From Alphaproteobacteria bacterium (GTDB lineage Bacteria; Pseudomonadota; Alphaproteobacteria; G965222575): a stretch of 64,000 nt of DNA. The position numbers and the translations under genes were made by a program. Of this stretch, positions 29,196 through 40,980 are shown one piece after another (the first letter of the stretch is position 1; the number at the start of each line of letters is the position of its first letter). The DNA lies in the NCBI GenBank assembly GCA_965222575.1, contig OZ244958.1:864001-928000 (forward strand). Direction: 5' to 3'. A model generated the notes under the pieces. The model saw only the letters and a list, made by a program, of their open reading frames with translations. It had not been told where the DNA came from and did not search any database.

Positions 29196-29948
29196 ATGAC
29201 TCAACGCACAGGAATCATAGCGCGCAAAATAGGGATGATGCAGCTGTTTAACCAAACAACCAGCCACAGCACTCCTGTGAGTGTGTTATCCGTGGAGTGC
29301 ATGGTAGTAGGCCATAGAACAGTGGAGAAGGACGGCTATCTTGCGTTACAGGTAGGCACTGGGACGTTTTCCAAGCGCCGTTTAACCCGTGCAAGAAAAG
29401 GATTTTTTGAGAAAAATCAAGTGCCACACAAGCGTAAAATTGTGGAATTTCGTATTGAACAAAACGGCCTTATCCCCATGGGAACTCCTCTAACGGCAAG
29501 CCATTTTGTGGAAGGGCAATATGTAGATGTGCGCGGTCATACAATAGGCAAAGGCTTTGCAGGCGTTATGAAACGCCACAACTTTAAGGGGCTTGAAGCA
29601 AGCCATGGCGTGTCTGTTTCACATAGAAGTCATGGCTCTACAGGACAGTGCCAAGACCCGGGACGCGTCTTCAAAGGCAAAAAAATGGCTGGACAAATGG
29701 GCAATAAACAAATCACAAAACAAAACCTCCAAATTATAAAAATAGACTCTGAAAAGGGACTCTTGTGTCTAAAAGGCTCTGTTCCGGGGTGTAAAGGGTC
29801 TTGGTTGCTTATACAGGATGCACTCAAAAAATCTCAACCCGACTTACCAGTGCCAACAGCTGAAAAAATTGATATCTCTCCCACAGACCCAAAAGAGCCG
29901 CCTTCTCTTTCCTCTTCTTCCGCTAAAACTTCCAATGAGGGGGGTTAA
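29196..29948 (+). CDS. rplC: 50S ribosomal protein L3
   Basis: GKGFAGVMKRHNF, GQCQDPGRVFKGKKMAG. Confidence 0.96.
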   Translation: MTQRTGIIARKIGMMQLFNQTTSHSTPVSVLSVECMVVGHRTVEKDGYLALQVGTGTFSKRRLTRARKGFFEKNQVPHKRKIVEFRIEQNGLIPMGTPLTASHFVEGQYVDVRGHTIGKGFAGVMKRHNFKGLEASHGVSVSHRSHGSTGQCQDPGRVFKGKKMAGQMGNKQITKQNLQIIKIDSEKGLLCLKGSVPGCKGSWLLIQDALKKSQPDLPVPTAEKIDISPTDPKEPPSLSSSSAKTSNEGG

Positions 29949-29950
29949 CT

Positions 29951-30559
29951 ATGGAGGTTGTTCTGATTGATAAAAGTGGCAAAGAAAAGGGCAAGGTATC
30001 TTTTCCTAGTGTTTTAAGGGCGTCTCCCCAGGAAGGTCTTTTACATTTTATGGTTCGTTATCAGCAGGCGCGCAAGAGAGCTGGCACGCATCAGGTGAAG
30101 GATAGGGGAGAAGTGAGTGGCACAACACGCAAGGCTTTCAAGCAAAAGGGGACAGGGAGTGCGCGTCGTGGGAGCAATCGTGTATCTCAGTTTCGTGGAG
30201 GGGGGAAGGTGTTTGGTGCTAGGAGTCGGAGTCATGCTATTGGCATGCCGAAGAAGATGCGTACTTTGGCGCTTAAGATGGCTTTATCTTTGAAGGCAAA
30301 AGACAAGAATTTTGTAGTGGTGGAGGATGCTGTGGTGTCGTTGAAGACGGTATCGTCGTTGAAGGCTGAGTTGAGGGCTTTTTCTCCTGCTATGTATATT
30401 GTTCATGGGCATTCCCATAGAGATTTTACGGCTCTGCGCAATCTTCATAAGGTAGACCTTGTGCCTGCTGTTGGAGCAAATGTGTATGGGATTTTGAAAC
30501 GTTCGTGGTTAGTGGTAACGCGTAGTGCTCTAAAAGAGTTGGAAGAGAGGTTGCAATGA
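29951..30559 (+). CDS. rplD: 50S ribosomal protein L4
   Basis: KQKGTGSARRGS, FRGGG. Confidence 0.94.
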   Translation: MEVVLIDKSGKEKGKVSFPSVLRASPQEGLLHFMVRYQQARKRAGTHQVKDRGEVSGTTRKAFKQKGTGSARRGSNRVSQFRGGGKVFGARSRSHAIGMPKKMRTLALKMALSLKAKDKNFVVVEDAVVSLKTVSSLKAELRAFSPAMYIVHGHSHRDFTALRNLHKVDLVPAVGANVYGILKRSWLVVTRSALKELEERLQ

Positions 30560-30840
30560 CGAAGGCTAATCTTTACAATAGATTGCTTGCGCCGGTGGTA
30601 ACGGAGAAGGGCGGCGGCGGGGCGTCAAAGTATGCCTTTAAGGTTCCTCTCTTAGCGTCTAAGAAGGCTGTTGCGGAGGCTGTAGAGGGGATATTTTCTG
30701 TCAAAGTCAAAAAAGTCAACACATTGAGAATGCAAGGGAAGAAGAAAGTATTTCGTGGTCATAAAGGGAAGCGGCCTGATTGGAAAAAGGCTGTTGTGAC
30801 GTTAGAGAAGAATCAAACCATTGATGTCATGGGAGGATGA
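30556..30840 (+). CDS. rplW: 50S ribosomal protein L23
   Basis: [20 protein letters not shown]. Confidence 0.93.
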   Translation: MTKANLYNRLLAPVVTEKGGGGASKYAFKVPLLASKKAVAEAVEGIFSVKVKKVNTLRMQGKKKVFRGHKGKRPDWKKAVVTLEKNQTIDVMGG

Positions 30841-30841
30841 G

Positions 30842-31681
30842 ATGGGGTTAAAGAGTTTTTCTCCTACGACGCCGTCATTGCGTGGGTTGATTTCAGTAGA
30901 CAGGGGTGAGTTATGGAAAGGGAAGCCTGAAAAATCTTTAACGAGGGGGTTTTGTAGCTCGGGAGGGAGAAATAATAAGGGACGTATCACCTCTGCTCAT
31001 CGTGGAGGAGGGCATAAGAAGCGGTATCGTTTTGTAGACTTTCGCCGGCGCCAGTTTGACTCTGTGGCACGGGTAAAACGTCTTGAGTTTGACCCTAACA
31101 GGAGTGCTTTTCTTGCGCTTTTGGAGTATGAAGGGGGAGAAAAATCGTATATTTTAGCGCCTCAACATCTCAAAGTTGGCACTCAAGTTCTCTCTTCTCA
31201 AGAACCGCTGGACATTAAAGTAGGCAATGCAACAATGCTCAAATATATTCCCACTGGTGTTGTGGTTCATAATGTTGAACTCAATCCGGGGCAAGGTGGC
31301 AAGATGGTGCGTTCTGCGGGAACATTTTCGCAAGTGTTAGGCAAAAGCGGGGGGTATGTACAGATACGTCTTTCCTCTGGAGAACAGCGGTTGGTACAGG
31401 AGAATTGTATGGCGACTATTGGTTCTGTTTCCAACCCTGACAATGCTAATAAAACCTTAGGAAAAGCAGGACGCAGTCGTTGGCTAGGGCGTCGTCCTGT
31501 TGTGAGAGGGGTGGCTATGAATCCGGTGGATCATCCTCATGGAGGTGGAGAGGGTCGTACTTCGGGGGGGCGTCATCCTGTGACACCTTGGGGCAAACCA
31601 ACGAAAGGATATAAAACCCGCAACAAAAAGACGACTAATCGCCTCATTGTCACCAGTCGTCATAAAGCGAAAAAACGATAG
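30842..31681 (+). CDS. rplB: 50S ribosomal protein L2
   Basis: [25 protein letters not shown]; start set at ATG 30842. Confidence 0.97.
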   Translation: MGLKSFSPTTPSLRGLISVDRGELWKGKPEKSLTRGFCSSGGRNNKGRITSAHRGGGHKKRYRFVDFRRRQFDSVARVKRLEFDPNRSAFLALLEYEGGEKSYILAPQHLKVGTQVLSSQEPLDIKVGNATMLKYIPTGVVVHNVELNPGQGGKMVRSAGTFSQVLGKSGGYVQIRLSSGEQRLVQENCMATIGSVSNPDNANKTLGKAGRSRWLGRRPVVRGVAMNPVDHPHGGGEGRTSGGRHPVTPWGKPTKGYKTRNKKTTNRLIVTSRHKAKKR

Positions 31682-31696
31682 AGGGTAGTAAAGAAA

Positions 31697-31960
31697 ATGG
31701 CACGTTCTGTTTGGAAAGGTCCTTTTGTGGTAAAATCTTTGCTAAAAAAAGCCATAGCAGCACAGGAATCCGGTGATAAACGCGTCATAAAAACCTGGTC
31801 GCGTAGTTCCTCTATTATGCCTCAATTTGTAGGGCTTACTATTGGGGTACATAATGGTCGTAAGTTTACCCCTGTGTTTATCACGGAAGACATGGTGGGA
31901 CATAAACTTGGAGAATTTGCGCCTACTCGGACATATCGTGGGCATGGAGGGTCTCAATGA
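31697..31960 (+). CDS. rpsS: 30S ribosomal protein S19
   Basis: [19 protein letters not shown]. Confidence 0.96.
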   Translation: MARSVWKGPFVVKSLLKKAIAAQESGDKRVIKTWSRSSSIMPQFVGLTIGVHNGRKFTPVFITEDMVGHKLGEFAPTRTYRGHGGSQ

Positions 31961-32295
31961 CGTTGTGCAAAGCCATAGGAAGACGCCTTAAAAATAGCCC
32001 TAGAAAGCTCAATGATGTGGCGAAAACCATACGAAGGAAGACAGTAGCTGAGGCTATGGAGTGCTTGCAATTTAGCCCGCGTAAAAGCGCGAAAGATGTA
32101 CAGAAAGTTCTCAAGAGCGCCCTTGCTAATGCAGAGAACAACCATGATATGGATATTGATTCATTACTTGTCAAGGAAGCTTATGTAGGAAAGTCTCTTA
32201 TTATGAAGCGTTGGCGCCCGCGTGCAAAGGGACGTATTGGCAAGATACAAAAGCCTTTTAGTCACCTCACTATCATTTTACAGGAACAGGAGTAA
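31957..32295 (+). CDS. rplV: 50S ribosomal protein L22
   Basis: [17 protein letters not shown]. Confidence 0.95.
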   Translation: MTLCKAIGRRLKNSPRKLNDVAKTIRRKTVAEAMECLQFSPRKSAKDVQKVLKSALANAENNHDMDIDSLLVKEAYVGKSLIMKRWRPRAKGRIGKIQKPFSHLTIILQEQE

Positions 32296-32302
32296 AAATC
32301 CC

Positions 32303-33049
32303 ATGGGACAAAAGGTTAATCCTATTATTTTTCGTGTCGGAATTTCGCGTCCTTGGCAAGCGCATTGGTACAGAGAAAAAAAGGAGTTTAGGCATTTTCT
32401 CGCACAGGATATTCACATTAGAAAATATTTGTCAGAAGCCTTAGCAGATGCAGGCATATCCTCTATTACCATTAACCGTTTATCGACGCGTCCTCGCATT
32501 AAGCTTTGTATTGTCCGCCCCGGTGTGTTGATTGGTAAGAAAGGTGCGGGCATTGAACAGTTGAGAAAAAAGCTCATGGAGATTGTGAAACAGGAAGTAC
32601 AGCTAGATGTCATAGAAGTGCGGAATCCCGATACGGACGCTAAGCTCATAGCCGATAACATAGCCCAGCAGTTAGAGAAGCGTGTGCCCTACCGCCGTGC
32701 TACAAAACGAGCGGTACAAGGAGCTATGCGTCTTGGGGCTAAGGGCATTAAAATCAGTTGCAAGGGACGTTTAGGAGGGATTGAAATCGCGCGCGAAGAG
32801 AGAGTCCACGAAGGGCCTGTTCCTTTGCATACTTTAAGGTCCTATATTGATTATGGAACGGCTAGTGCGTATACGACCTATGGTGTGTGCGGGGTGAAGG
32901 TGTGGGTTTACAAGGAAGAGAAGTTAGGACAGTTGGATACGGATTACGCGAAAGATAAGCAATCTCCTAACACGATGCGCTTTGATTTATCTGCTACTGG
33001 AGCAAGGATGGACACTAAAGTTAGGGGGGGCAGTAATGTTACAACCTAA
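32303..33049 (+). CDS. rpsC: 30S ribosomal protein S3
   Basis: [23 protein letters not shown]; start at ATG 32303. Confidence 0.96.
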   Translation: MGQKVNPIIFRVGISRPWQAHWYREKKEFRHFLAQDIHIRKYLSEALADAGISSITINRLSTRPRIKLCIVRPGVLIGKKGAGIEQLRKKLMEIVKQEVQLDVIEVRNPDTDAKLIADNIAQQLEKRVPYRRATKRAVQGAMRLGAKGIKISCKGRLGGIEIAREERVHEGPVPLHTLRSYIDYGTASAYTTYGVCGVKVWVYKEEKLGQLDTDYAKDKQSPNTMRFDLSATGARMDTKVRGGSNVTT

Positions 33050-33458
33050 AGAGAGAAAATACCGCAAGGCGCACAAGGGGCGGATTCATGGCTGTGCCAC
33101 CTCAGGGTCTACATTAGTGTTTGGCATGTATGGTCTCAAAGCGCTTGCCCCCGGTCGAATCACAGCGCGACAAATTGAATCGGCTAGACGAACAATGACG
33201 AGACATATGAAGAGAAAGGGAAGACTATGGATTAGAGTCTTTCCAGACATACCGGTTTCTAAGAAGCCGACGGAGATTCGTATGGGGAAAGGGAAAGGGT
33301 CACCAGAGTATTGGGCTTGTCGTATTAAGCCGGGACGGATTCTTTTTGAGCTTGCAGGCATTGAAGATAGCATTGCAACTGAAGCCTTAGCGTTAGCAGG
33401 GGCAAAACTCCCTATTCGGACTCGATTCGTAGTGCGCTCGGGAGAAGGAGGGTTATAA
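33036..33458 (+). CDS. rplP: 50S ribosomal protein L16
   Basis: [21 protein letters not shown]; start at ATG 33036. Confidence 0.96.
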   Translation: MLQPKERKYRKAHKGRIHGCATSGSTLVFGMYGLKALAPGRITARQIESARRTMTRHMKRKGRLWIRVFPDIPVSKKPTEIRMGKGKGSPEYWACRIKPGRILFELAGIEDSIATEALALAGAKLPIRTRFVVRSGEGGL

Positions 33459-33459
33459 A

Positions 33460-33648
33460 ATGAAGCCGGAAGACATCAGAAAAATGAACCAAAAAGCTTT
33501 TCATAAAGCGTATATAGACGCTCTTCAGGAACGCTTTAAGTTGCGTTTTCAACACAAGGGCGGACAGCTAGAAAATACCTCTTTAATTCGCAAGAATCGC
33601 CGTATCATTGCGCGAATGGAAACTCTAAAAACACAACATAATGCCTAA
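33460..33648 (+). CDS. rpmC: 50S ribosomal protein L29
   Basis: FKLRFQ..GQLEN, IARMET; operon position. Confidence 0.9.
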   Translation: MKPEDIRKMNQKAFHKAYIDALQERFKLRFQHKGGQLENTSLIRKNRRIIARMETLKTQHNA

Positions 33649-33913
33649 AAGAGTCTTGCAAGGAATCGTAGTGAGTACTGCTAATACCAAAACAATTGTG
33701 ATAAAAGTACAAAGGCATACGATACACCCTTTGTACAAAAAAATTATCAAACGATCTAAGAAGTTTCACGCCCATGACTCTGAGGAAAGCTGTTCTGTAG
33801 GAGACCGCGTGAAAATCATAGAAAGTATTCCTATCTCCAAGAAGAAACGGTGGCAAGTGTTAACAGAGGAGACGGACAAAAGAAGAGAACATAAAGAGGA
33901 GGTGGGCAAGTGA
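33641..33913 (+). CDS. rpsQ: 30S ribosomal protein S17
   Basis: [21 protein letters not shown]. Confidence 0.95.
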   Translation: MPKRVLQGIVVSTANTKTIVIKVQRHTIHPLYKKIIKRSKKFHAHDSEESCSVGDRVKIIESIPISKKKRWQVLTEETDKRREHKEEVGK

Positions 33914-34278
33914 TACAAATGCAAACACTTCTTAATGTCGCTGATAACTCTGGGGCACGGCAGGTACAGTGTATCAAGATACTAGGAAACAGTCGTCGTC
34001 GTGGAGGGAAGATAGGGGATCTCTTAGTGGTGACAGTGAAAGACGCTATGCCGCGCGGACGGGTGAAAGCAGGAGATATTATCAAAGCCATTGTTGTGAG
34101 AACAGCCTTTGTACTCAAAAGACCAGATGGCAGTAGTATTCGCTTTGATGATAATGCTGTTGTATTGGTGAATAACCAAAAAGAGCCTATTGGGTCTAGG
34201 ATATTCGGTCCGGTGACACGGGAATTGCGTAGCGGGGGACATATGCGCGTGATATCATTAGCACCTGAGGTGTTATGA
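33910..34278 (+). CDS. rplN: 50S ribosomal protein L14
   Basis: [25 protein letters not shown]. Confidence 0.97.
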   Translation: MIQMQTLLNVADNSGARQVQCIKILGNSRRRGGKIGDLLVVTVKDAMPRGRVKAGDIIKAIVVRTAFVLKRPDGSSIRFDDNAVVLVNNQKEPIGSRIFGPVTRELRSGGHMRVISLAPEVL

Positions 34279-34643
34279 TGAGGAGTCCGAAATTCAAAAT
34301 CCAAAAGGGAGACACAGTGGCTGTGATAGCGGGGCGGTCTAAGGGAGAAAGAGGAGAGGTTGTGCGTATTATAAAAGAGAAGCACCGCGTGGTGGTTGCC
34401 TCTTTGAATCTTGTCAAGCGCCACCAAAAAGTCAAAGCAGGAGAAAAGGGCGGCATTATAGAAAAAGAAGCCCCTATTCACCTTTCGAATGTCGCCTTAT
34501 TAGACCCTAAAGATAACAAGCCTACCAAAGTTGGCATTATGCGTGAAGGGGATACTGTCAAACGGATTTCAAGGCGTTCAAAAGAGCCGATACCGTATCC
34601 TAAAGTCTTAGGCAAAAAGCAAAGAAAGCAAAAAAAGAAATGA
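34275..34643 (+). CDS. rplX: 50S ribosomal protein L24
   Basis: [19 protein letters not shown]. Confidence 0.95.
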   Translation: MMRSPKFKIQKGDTVAVIAGRSKGERGEVVRIIKEKHRVVVASLNLVKRHQKVKAGEKGGIIEKEAPIHLSNVALLDPKDNKPTKVGIMREGDTVKRISRRSKEPIPYPKVLGKKQRKQKKK

Positions 34644-35200
34644 GCTATATCCCACGGCTACAAAAACAGTATTTAGAAGATATAAGGCCTGCTTTACAAA
34701 AAGCTTTGGGGTTGAAGAATCTTTATGCGGTACCGCGTCTGATGAAGGTGGTATTGAATATGGGGGTGAAAGAGGGGGTTATCCATGCTAAGCATGTGGC
34801 GGGTGTACTGGAAGAATTGATGTTGATTGCGGGACAAAGACCTGTGACAACTTATGCTGTGAAGTCTGTGGCGGGATTTAAGCTACGTGCGGGCATGCCT
34901 ATTGGCGTGAAGGTCACCTTGAGAAAAGCAAAAATGTTTGATTTTTTAGACCGCCTTGTTACAATTGCTTTACCTAAGGTGCGTGACTTTCGCGGTCTTA
35001 AGGGGAAAAGCTTTGATGGCTGCGGTAACTATAGCTTTGGTATTCGAGAGCAACTTGTTTTTCCTGAAATCCATTATGATAAAGTTGAAAAGATAAGAGG
35101 GATGAATATTATTATCTGTACATCTTCTAATAGTGATAACGAAGCGTATCATTTACTAAAAGCCTTGAATTTTCCCCTACAACAACGCAAAAGTGCTTAA
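34640..35200 (+). CDS. rplE: 50S ribosomal protein L5
   Basis: [21 protein letters not shown]. Confidence 0.96.
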   Translation: MSYIPRLQKQYLEDIRPALQKALGLKNLYAVPRLMKVVLNMGVKEGVIHAKHVAGVLEELMLIAGQRPVTTYAVKSVAGFKLRAGMPIGVKVTLRKAKMFDFLDRLVTIALPKVRDFRGLKGKSFDGCGNYSFGIREQLVFPEIHYDKVEKIRGMNIIICTSSNSDNEAYHLLKALNFPLQQRKSA

Positions 35201-35204
35201 AAAA

Positions 35205-35510
35205 ATGGCGAAAAAGAGTTCAATACAAACCAATCAGTATCGTCAACGTCTTGTTGACCGCTATCATGCAAAGCGCACCGCTTTGAAGAAACAGCTGAAA
35301 AACAGGTCTCTTCCCCTTGAAGAGCGCTTCAATATTCAGTTATCGTTGTCTTCTCTTCCTCGCAACAGCGCCCCTACTAGGGTGAGAAATCGCTGTCTAA
35401 TCAGTGGTCGTCCTAGAGGGTATTATCGAAAATTTGGCCTCTCCCGTATCGCTTTTAGAGACTTGGCTTCTCAGGGGTTGATTGCAGGCATTACAAAGGC
35501 AAGTTGGTAA
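35205..35510 (+). CDS. rpsN: 30S ribosomal protein S14 (long, non-zinc type)
   Basis: [21 protein letters not shown]; start at ATG 35205. Confidence 0.95.
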   Translation: MAKKSSIQTNQYRQRLVDRYHAKRTALKKQLKNRSLPLEERFNIQLSLSSLPRNSAPTRVRNRCLISGRPRGYYRKFGLSRIAFRDLASQGLIAGITKASW

Positions 35511-35516
35511 CCGCTG

Positions 35517-35909
35517 ATGACTATGACGGACCCCATAGCCGATATGTTAACCCGCATTAGAAACGGGCAGATGGTGAAAAAAAAGTGGGTAGAATGTTTG
35601 ACGTCTAAACTAAAAATTGGGGTGTTGAAGGTTTTGAAGAAAGAAGGCTATATTGAAAAATTTGAGAGTATTGCAGAAGGACATGGCAAATTGAGAATTT
35701 TTCTGAAGTACTACCATGGAAAACCTGTCATTAAGACGGTACGCAAGGTCTCTAAGCCCGGTCAACGGGTCTATCGCTCCTACGAGAATTTTCCAAAAGT
35801 GTATAATGGTCTTGGGATATCTGTGGTTTCTACCTCTAAAGGTCTTTTCTCTGATGGAGAAGCGAAGAGGCAGAAAGTAGGAGGGGAAGTTTTATGCACC
35901 GTTGCCTAA
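35517..35909 (+). CDS. rpsH: 30S ribosomal protein S8
   Basis: DPIADMLTRIRN, SKPGQRVY, GGEVL. Confidence 0.96.
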   Translation: MTMTDPIADMLTRIRNGQMVKKKWVECLTSKLKIGVLKVLKKEGYIEKFESIAEGHGKLRIFLKYYHGKPVIKTVRKVSKPGQRVYRSYENFPKVYNGLGISVVSTSKGLFSDGEAKRQKVGGEVLCTVA

Positions 35910-35919
35910 GGAATCCGTG

Positions 35920-36453
35920 ATGACACGTATTGGGAAAGCACCTATTACACTAATGGAAGGGGTAAGTGTGGCAGTAAAAGAAGGGATTGTCTGTGTCAAG
36001 GGGCAGCAAGGAGCCTTAGAGCATTATGTTCCGCCTCCCTTTTCGGTGGAGGTTAGCGGCAACAAGTTGTCTATTACTTGTCAAAAGAAAGGCACTTCTT
36101 ACAGGGCGCTGTGGGGGTTACACAGGTCTTTGTTGAGCAATCTTGTGACGGGCGTGACGCAAGGGTTTACCCAAGAACTTGAGCTGAGAGGGACAGGATA
36201 TCGTGCTACTGTAAAAGGAGAGCGATTGGTGTTACAGATAGGTCTTAGTCACCCTGTTCATTTTTTGATACCTTCTGAGGTAGACATGACCTGTAGCAAG
36301 GAGACCCAGATTGTCATCAAAGGCATAAACAAGCAACAGGTTGGGCAATTAGCAGCAAATATTAGGGCTTTTTCCAAACCTGAGCCTTACAAGGGGAAAG
36401 GCATACGGTACAAGGGGGAGTATGTAAGAAGGAAGGAGGGGAAGAAGAAATAG
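35920..36453 (+). CDS. rplF: 50S ribosomal protein L6
   Basis: MTRIGK, PEPYKGKGIRY; start at ATG 35920. Confidence 0.96.
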   Translation: MTRIGKAPITLMEGVSVAVKEGIVCVKGQQGALEHYVPPPFSVEVSGNKLSITCQKKGTSYRALWGLHRSLLSNLVTGVTQGFTQELELRGTGYRATVKGERLVLQIGLSHPVHFLIPSEVDMTCSKETQIVIKGINKQQVGQLAANIRAFSKPEPYKGKGIRYKGEYVRRKEGKKK

Positions 36454-36828
36454 ATGGTGTCTTTGAAGAAAAAAGTTCTTTTATTGCGTGGGCATCGTGC
36501 CCGTGTGCGGCACGCTCTTAAGAAGAAGTCTAAGAGCAAGAGATTGCGGCTTTGCGTGTTTCGCTCGAGTAAGCATATTTATGCTCAAGTGATTGATGAT
36601 AGGGCCATGGAGACGCGTGCGTGTTGTTCGACTCTTGAGAAAGCTATTCGTGAGAGCTGTAAGTCTACGGGCAGCAAAGAGGCTGCGATGTTAGTAGGCA
36701 AGGGTGTCGCTGTGGAAGCAAAGAAAAAAAAGATTACGGAAATTGTGTTTGATAGAGGTGGATATCGCTATCATGGTCGGGTGAAGGCTCTTGCTGAGGC
36801 GGCGCGGGCAGAAGGATTAAAGTTTTAA
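36454..36828 (+). CDS. rplR: 50S ribosomal protein L18
   Basis: [24 protein letters not shown]. Confidence 0.96.
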   Translation: MVSLKKKVLLLRGHRARVRHALKKKSKSKRLRLCVFRSSKHIYAQVIDDRAMETRACCSTLEKAIRESCKSTGSKEAAMLVGKGVAVEAKKKKITEIVFDRGGYRYHGRVKALAEAARAEGLKF

Positions 36829-36829
36829 C

Positions 36830-37429
36830 ATGGCAACGGAATCCCCCCCCGCTTTGGAACTGACAGAAAAGCTGATTCATGTGAATCGTGTCTCTAAGGT
36901 GTTAAAAGGAGGCAGACGATTTGCTTTTAGCGCTTTGGTGGTGGTAGGCAATAAGAAAGGTCAAGTGGGGTTTGGGAAAGGGAGTGCTTTACAGGTGGCT
37001 TCTGCTGTGAAGAAAGCGACGGAGAGTGCGAAAAGCGACATGATAAAAGTCCCTTTGCGCGAAGGGCGCACCTTACCCCATGACATTCAAGGTCACCATG
37101 GGGCAGCGAATGTTCATATGCGCAGAGCGCGTCCCGGAACAGGTCTCATTGCAGGAGGAGTTATGCGCTCAATCTTTGAATGCTTAGGGTTACAGGATGT
37201 GGTGGCGAAATCTTTAGGCTCTAATAATCCGCATAGTTTAATCCGTGCGACATTCAAGGGCTTGAGTCAATGTGAATCTCGTCGTATGATTATACAGAGG
37301 CGTAGCAAGTTTTCGAAACAGAACAAAGTAGAAACAAAAAAACCGCTAGTTACTACAGAGAAGACATCAGAACAAAAGGTCTCTACCCTTCCCCCCTCAA
37401 CCCAACAAGGAGAAACAACAGATGGCTAA
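36830..37429 (+). CDS. rpsE: 30S ribosomal protein S5
   Basis: [21 protein letters not shown]. Confidence 0.96.
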   Translation: MATESPPALELTEKLIHVNRVSKVLKGGRRFAFSALVVVGNKKGQVGFGKGSALQVASAVKKATESAKSDMIKVPLREGRTLPHDIQGHHGAANVHMRRARPGTGLIAGGVMRSIFECLGLQDVVAKSLGSNNPHSLIRATFKGLSQCESRRMIIQRRSKFSKQNKVETKKPLVTTEKTSEQKVSTLPPSTQQGETTDG

Positions 37430-37601
37430 ACTGCTGACAATCACCCAGCAGCGGAGTCCCATAGGGCGGCCTAAGGAACAAAGGGCAACCTTATTAGGTC
37501 TTGGCTTACGCCGTCTTCATCAAAAGGTTACTGTCTCTGATACACCGGCTATCAGAGGGATGATTGCTAAGGTTTCTCATCTGGTGACGCTAGAAAAATG
37601 A
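37422..37601 (+). CDS. rpmD: 50S ribosomal protein L30 (59 aa, not in ORF track)
   Basis: Manual translation [59 protein letters not shown], located between rpsE and rplO. Confidence 0.93.
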   Translation: MAKLLTITQQRSPIGRPKEQRATLLGLGLRRLHQKVTVSDTPAIRGMIAKVSHLVTLEK

Positions 37602-38164
37602 AGGGAAAACAGATGGGTTCTATTTTACAACGATTAGCTGCGACTCCGTCTTCTCGGTCTTCTAAGAGAAGAGTTGGCAGAGGGATTGGGTCTGGAAAAG
37701 GGAAAACCTGCGGAAGAGGCCATAAGGGACAAAAATCGCGGGCTGGGGCCTCTCTCAAGGGCTTTGAAGGGGGACAAATGCCTTTGTATCGACGCCTGCC
37801 AAAACGGGGATTTACCTCCTTAAACAGAAAACGCTATACAACATTGTCCTTGAGTCGGCTCTTGAAAGCTTGTGAGGAAAAAAACCTACTCACCACACAG
37901 CCCCTTACAGAAAAACTGTTACAGGAAGCCGGTGTTGTCTCAAAATGCCGTGATGGCATACGGCTGCTAGGGAAACAAGAGGTGACACAGCCTTTGACGC
38001 TTCATATTACCTCTGCTACAAAGGGGTGCATAGAATCCATTGTGAGTGCTGGCGGTACTGTTAGGACGCAAAAAGCAGACAGTGCCTCTAAGGCATTGCC
38101 TGACAATAAGCAAGAGAAGAGGATTAAGACCCCAGGACCCTCTTCAAAACAAACAGAGACATAG
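37598..38164 (+). CDS. rplO: 50S ribosomal protein L15
   Basis: [30 protein letters not shown]. Confidence 0.96.
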   Translation: MKGKQMGSILQRLAATPSSRSSKRRVGRGIGSGKGKTCGRGHKGQKSRAGASLKGFEGGQMPLYRRLPKRGFTSLNRKRYTTLSLSRLLKACEEKNLLTTQPLTEKLLQEAGVVSKCRDGIRLLGKQEVTQPLTLHITSATKGCIESIVSAGGTVRTQKADSASKALPDNKQEKRIKTPGPSSKQTET

Positions 38165-38169
38165 GATTT

Positions 38170-39525
38170 ATGGTTTCTGCTACGGACAAAATTGCGGCTT
38201 CTTTAGACCTGAGCACCTTTGTTAGAGCGAAAGAATTGCAAAAGCGTGTCTGGTTTACCTTGTTTGCCTTAGTGATTTATCGCTTTGGCACCTTTATTCC
38301 CCTGCCCGGTATTGACCCGTCCATTATGGCGGATATTTACCAAAAGCAAAGCGGTGGGATTTTGGGGATGTTTAATGTGTTTGCTGGTGGGGCTTTAGGC
38401 AGGATGACGATTTTTGCCCTTAATGTCTTGCCTTATATTTCGGCTTCTATTATCGCGCAGTTAATGGTCGCTGTTGTGCCCTCTTTATCAGAGCTTAAGA
38501 AAGAAGGGGAGCGCGGTCGGCGCAAGATTAACCAGTATACGCGCTATGGCACAGCTTTGTTAGCCTTAGCACAAGGGTATGGTATAGCGGTAGGGCTTGA
38601 GAGTTTGAGTGCGCAATTTGGAGCTGCGGTGATTGAGCCGGGCTTACAATTTCGCTTGGTGACCATGATGACTTTAACGGGCGGAACGGTGTTTTTGATG
38701 TGGCTCGGTGACCAGGTCACGAAACGCGGTATAGGCAATGGCATATCACTGATTATTTTCGCAGGGATTGTCGCAGAGTTACCGCGTGCGTTGATTGCCA
38801 TGCTAGAATTAGGCAAGACGGGGGCTTTATCCTCCACCTTAATTGTAGGCATCATATTTTTAGCCATTGGGATTGTGATGTTAATTGTCTTTTGTGAGCA
38901 ATCCTTTCGTCGGTTATTGATTCAATATCCTCGTCATCAATCTGCTCGAGGAGCAGTCCCTCAACAGACCTCCCACCTTCCATTGAAGTTAAATTCCGCT
39001 GGTGTTATTCCCCCAATTTTTGCTTCAGCTCTTTTGTTAATGCCGGTGACAATCTTAAGCTTGACGGCCCAAGGGGCTGACCCGGGGGGGTGGCTTGTAC
39101 AAGTGACAACCTTTTTAGGACGTGGGCAATTCGGCTATATGGTATTGTATGGCTCTTTGATTGCTTTTTTCTGTTTTTTCTATACTTTCATTGTATTTGA
39201 TGTGTCAGACACAGCAGAAAATCTTCACCAACAGGGGGGATATATAGCAGGCATTCGTCCCGGGGAAAAGACGGCACAGTATTTACAGTATGTTCTCAGT
39301 CGCCTAACAGTGGTAGGGGCTATTTATTTAGTTTTTGTGTGTCTTTTACCGGAAGTGTTAATTTCAAAATTTTCTCTCCCTTTTTATTTTGGAGGGACTT
39401 CTTTGTTGATTGTGGTGAATGTGGCAATAGACACGGTTGGTCAGTTTCAAAATCATTTATTAAGCTACCAGTATGAGTCTCTGATTAAGAAGTCACGGTT
39501 ACGGGGGCGGTTTCGCAAGAGATGA
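38170..39525 (+). CDS. secY: Preprotein translocase subunit SecY
   Basis: PYISASII, GIGNGISL, GVIPPIFAS, FGGTSLLI. Confidence 0.97.
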   Translation: MVSATDKIAASLDLSTFVRAKELQKRVWFTLFALVIYRFGTFIPLPGIDPSIMADIYQKQSGGILGMFNVFAGGALGRMTIFALNVLPYISASIIAQLMVAVVPSLSELKKEGERGRRKINQYTRYGTALLALAQGYGIAVGLESLSAQFGAAVIEPGLQFRLVTMMTLTGGTVFLMWLGDQVTKRGIGNGISLIIFAGIVAELPRALIAMLELGKTGALSSTLIVGIIFLAIGIVMLIVFCEQSFRRLLIQYPRHQSARGAVPQQTSHLPLKLNSAGVIPPIFASALLLMPVTILSLTAQGADPGGWLVQVTTFLGRGQFGYMVLYGSLIAFFCFFYTFIVFDVSDTAENLHQQGGYIAGIRPGEKTAQYLQYVLSRLTVVGAIYLVFVCLLPEVLISKFSLPFYFGGTSLLIVVNVAIDTVGQFQNHLLSYQYESLIKKSRLRGRFRKR

Positions 39526-40199
39526 ACAAGGGGATACGGCTTATTTTTTTGGGGCCACCCGGTTGTGGCAAAGGGACTCAGGCAAGAAAGTTGAGTGTGC
39601 TTTTTGGGATTTATCATTTATCTACAGGAGATATGATGCGCCATGAGGGTAAAAAAGAGGGGGAGCGTGAAAATAAGATTCACGCCTTTTTGGATAAGGG
39701 GGCTTTAGTGCCGGATGAAGTCGTGGTTGATTTGGTGTTGAATCATCTGAAGAAAGACGAGATTTTGCCTAGGGGGATGATACTGGATGGGTTTCCGCGT
39801 ACAATTGTGCAAGCGGAGTTTTTAGAGGAGTTTTTAGAAAATCATCAATCTCCTTTGACAAGCGTGATAAATTTTGATATTAAGGATGGGCTTGTGGTGA
39901 AGCGTTTATCGGGTCGTTTTATGTGCGTTGCATGTGGAGCTATATACCATGATGAGTTTCACAAGCCTCAAGAGGAGGGGATTTGCGATGAGTGTTCGGG
40001 AAAGTCTTTCAAGCACCGTTACGATGATAGAAAGGAAGCTGTATCAAAACGTCTGTTGGCTTATCGTGAAGAGACCTATCCTCTGAAGTCTTATTACAAG
40101 GAGCGCAAGCTTCTCTTTTCTGTGGATGCCACGCTACCGGTAGAGGTGATGGTGAAGCAGATTGAACACTGCGTAAACGAACGATTGAAGAATGCCTAG
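39522..40199 (+). CDS. adk: Adenylate kinase (zinc-type LID)
   Basis: [20 protein letters not shown] cysteines CVAC...CDEC. Confidence 0.96.
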   Translation: MNKGIRLIFLGPPGCGKGTQARKLSVLFGIYHLSTGDMMRHEGKKEGERENKIHAFLDKGALVPDEVVVDLVLNHLKKDEILPRGMILDGFPRTIVQAEFLEEFLENHQSPLTSVINFDIKDGLVVKRLSGRFMCVACGAIYHDEFHKPQEEGICDECSGKSFKHRYDDRKEAVSKRLLAYREETYPLKSYYKERKLLFSVDATLPVEVMVKQIEHCVNERLKNA

Positions 40200-40560
40200 A
40201 ATAGCTGGAGTCAACATACCGGAGAACAAGCCGCTTTGGATATCATTGACCTATATCTATGGGATTGGTCAACAGAAAGCCAAAGAGATTTGTGCAATTT
40301 TGAAGCTTTCCCCGACGCGGAGGGCTAGGGAATTGAAAGAAGAAGAGATAGCACGTCTTCATACTATTTTAGACAAAGACCATGTTGTAGAAGGGAATTT
40401 GCGTCAGGATGTTGCAATGAACATTAAGCGTCTCCAAGATTTAGCGTGTTATAGAGGGTTACGTCACCGCAAGAAGCTTCCCTTGCGTGGTCAGCGGACG
40501 CATACCAATGCGCGGACGCGGCGCGGACGCGCGAAAACTTTAGCGGGCAAGAAACAATAA
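40192..40560 (+). CDS. rpsM: 30S ribosomal protein S13
   Basis: [20 protein letters not shown]. Confidence 0.96.
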   Translation: MPRIAGVNIPENKPLWISLTYIYGIGQQKAKEICAILKLSPTRRARELKEEEIARLHTILDKDHVVEGNLRQDVAMNIKRLQDLACYRGLRHRKKLPLRGQRTHTNARTRRGRAKTLAGKKQ

Positions 40561-40570
40561 AAGAAGATTC

Positions 40571-40954
40571 ATGGCTGTATCAAAATCAAAGAAGTGGTTA
40601 AAGAAAAACATTGTTTCCGGGTGTGCCCATGTGTATGCCACTTACAATAACACCATTGTGACAATATCAGATATGCAAGGCAATGTGATATCGTGGTCAT
40701 CTGGAGGGATGATGGGGTTTAAGGGGTCACGAAAGTCGACGCCTTATGCCGCTCAAATGGCCTCTGAAGATGCTGGCAAGAAAGCACAGGCCCAAGGGAT
40801 ACAGACATTGGAAATCAATGTCAAAGGCCCCGGCCCCGGGCGCGAGTCTGCTCTCCGAGCCTTACAGGCAGTGGGGCTAAAAATCACTGTCATAAGAGAT
40901 AATACTTCTATTCCCCATAACGGATGTCGTCCTCCTAAACAAAGGCGCGTATAA
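40571..40954 (+). CDS. rpsK: 30S ribosomal protein S11
   Basis: [18 protein letters not shown]. Confidence 0.97.
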   Translation: MAVSKSKKWLKKNIVSGCAHVYATYNNTIVTISDMQGNVISWSSGGMMGFKGSRKSTPYAAQMASEDAGKKAQAQGIQTLEINVKGPGPGRESALRALQAVGLKITVIRDNTSIPHNGCRPPKQRRV

Positions 40955-40980
40955 AGCGTATAAACAGCAACTAACTAGCC

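Noticed and set aside
25505..35919. Apparent N-terminal extensions of EF-G, L2, S3, L16, S14 and L6 in the ORF track
   Set aside because: These are artefacts of choosing the most upstream start; canonical downstream ATGs exist.
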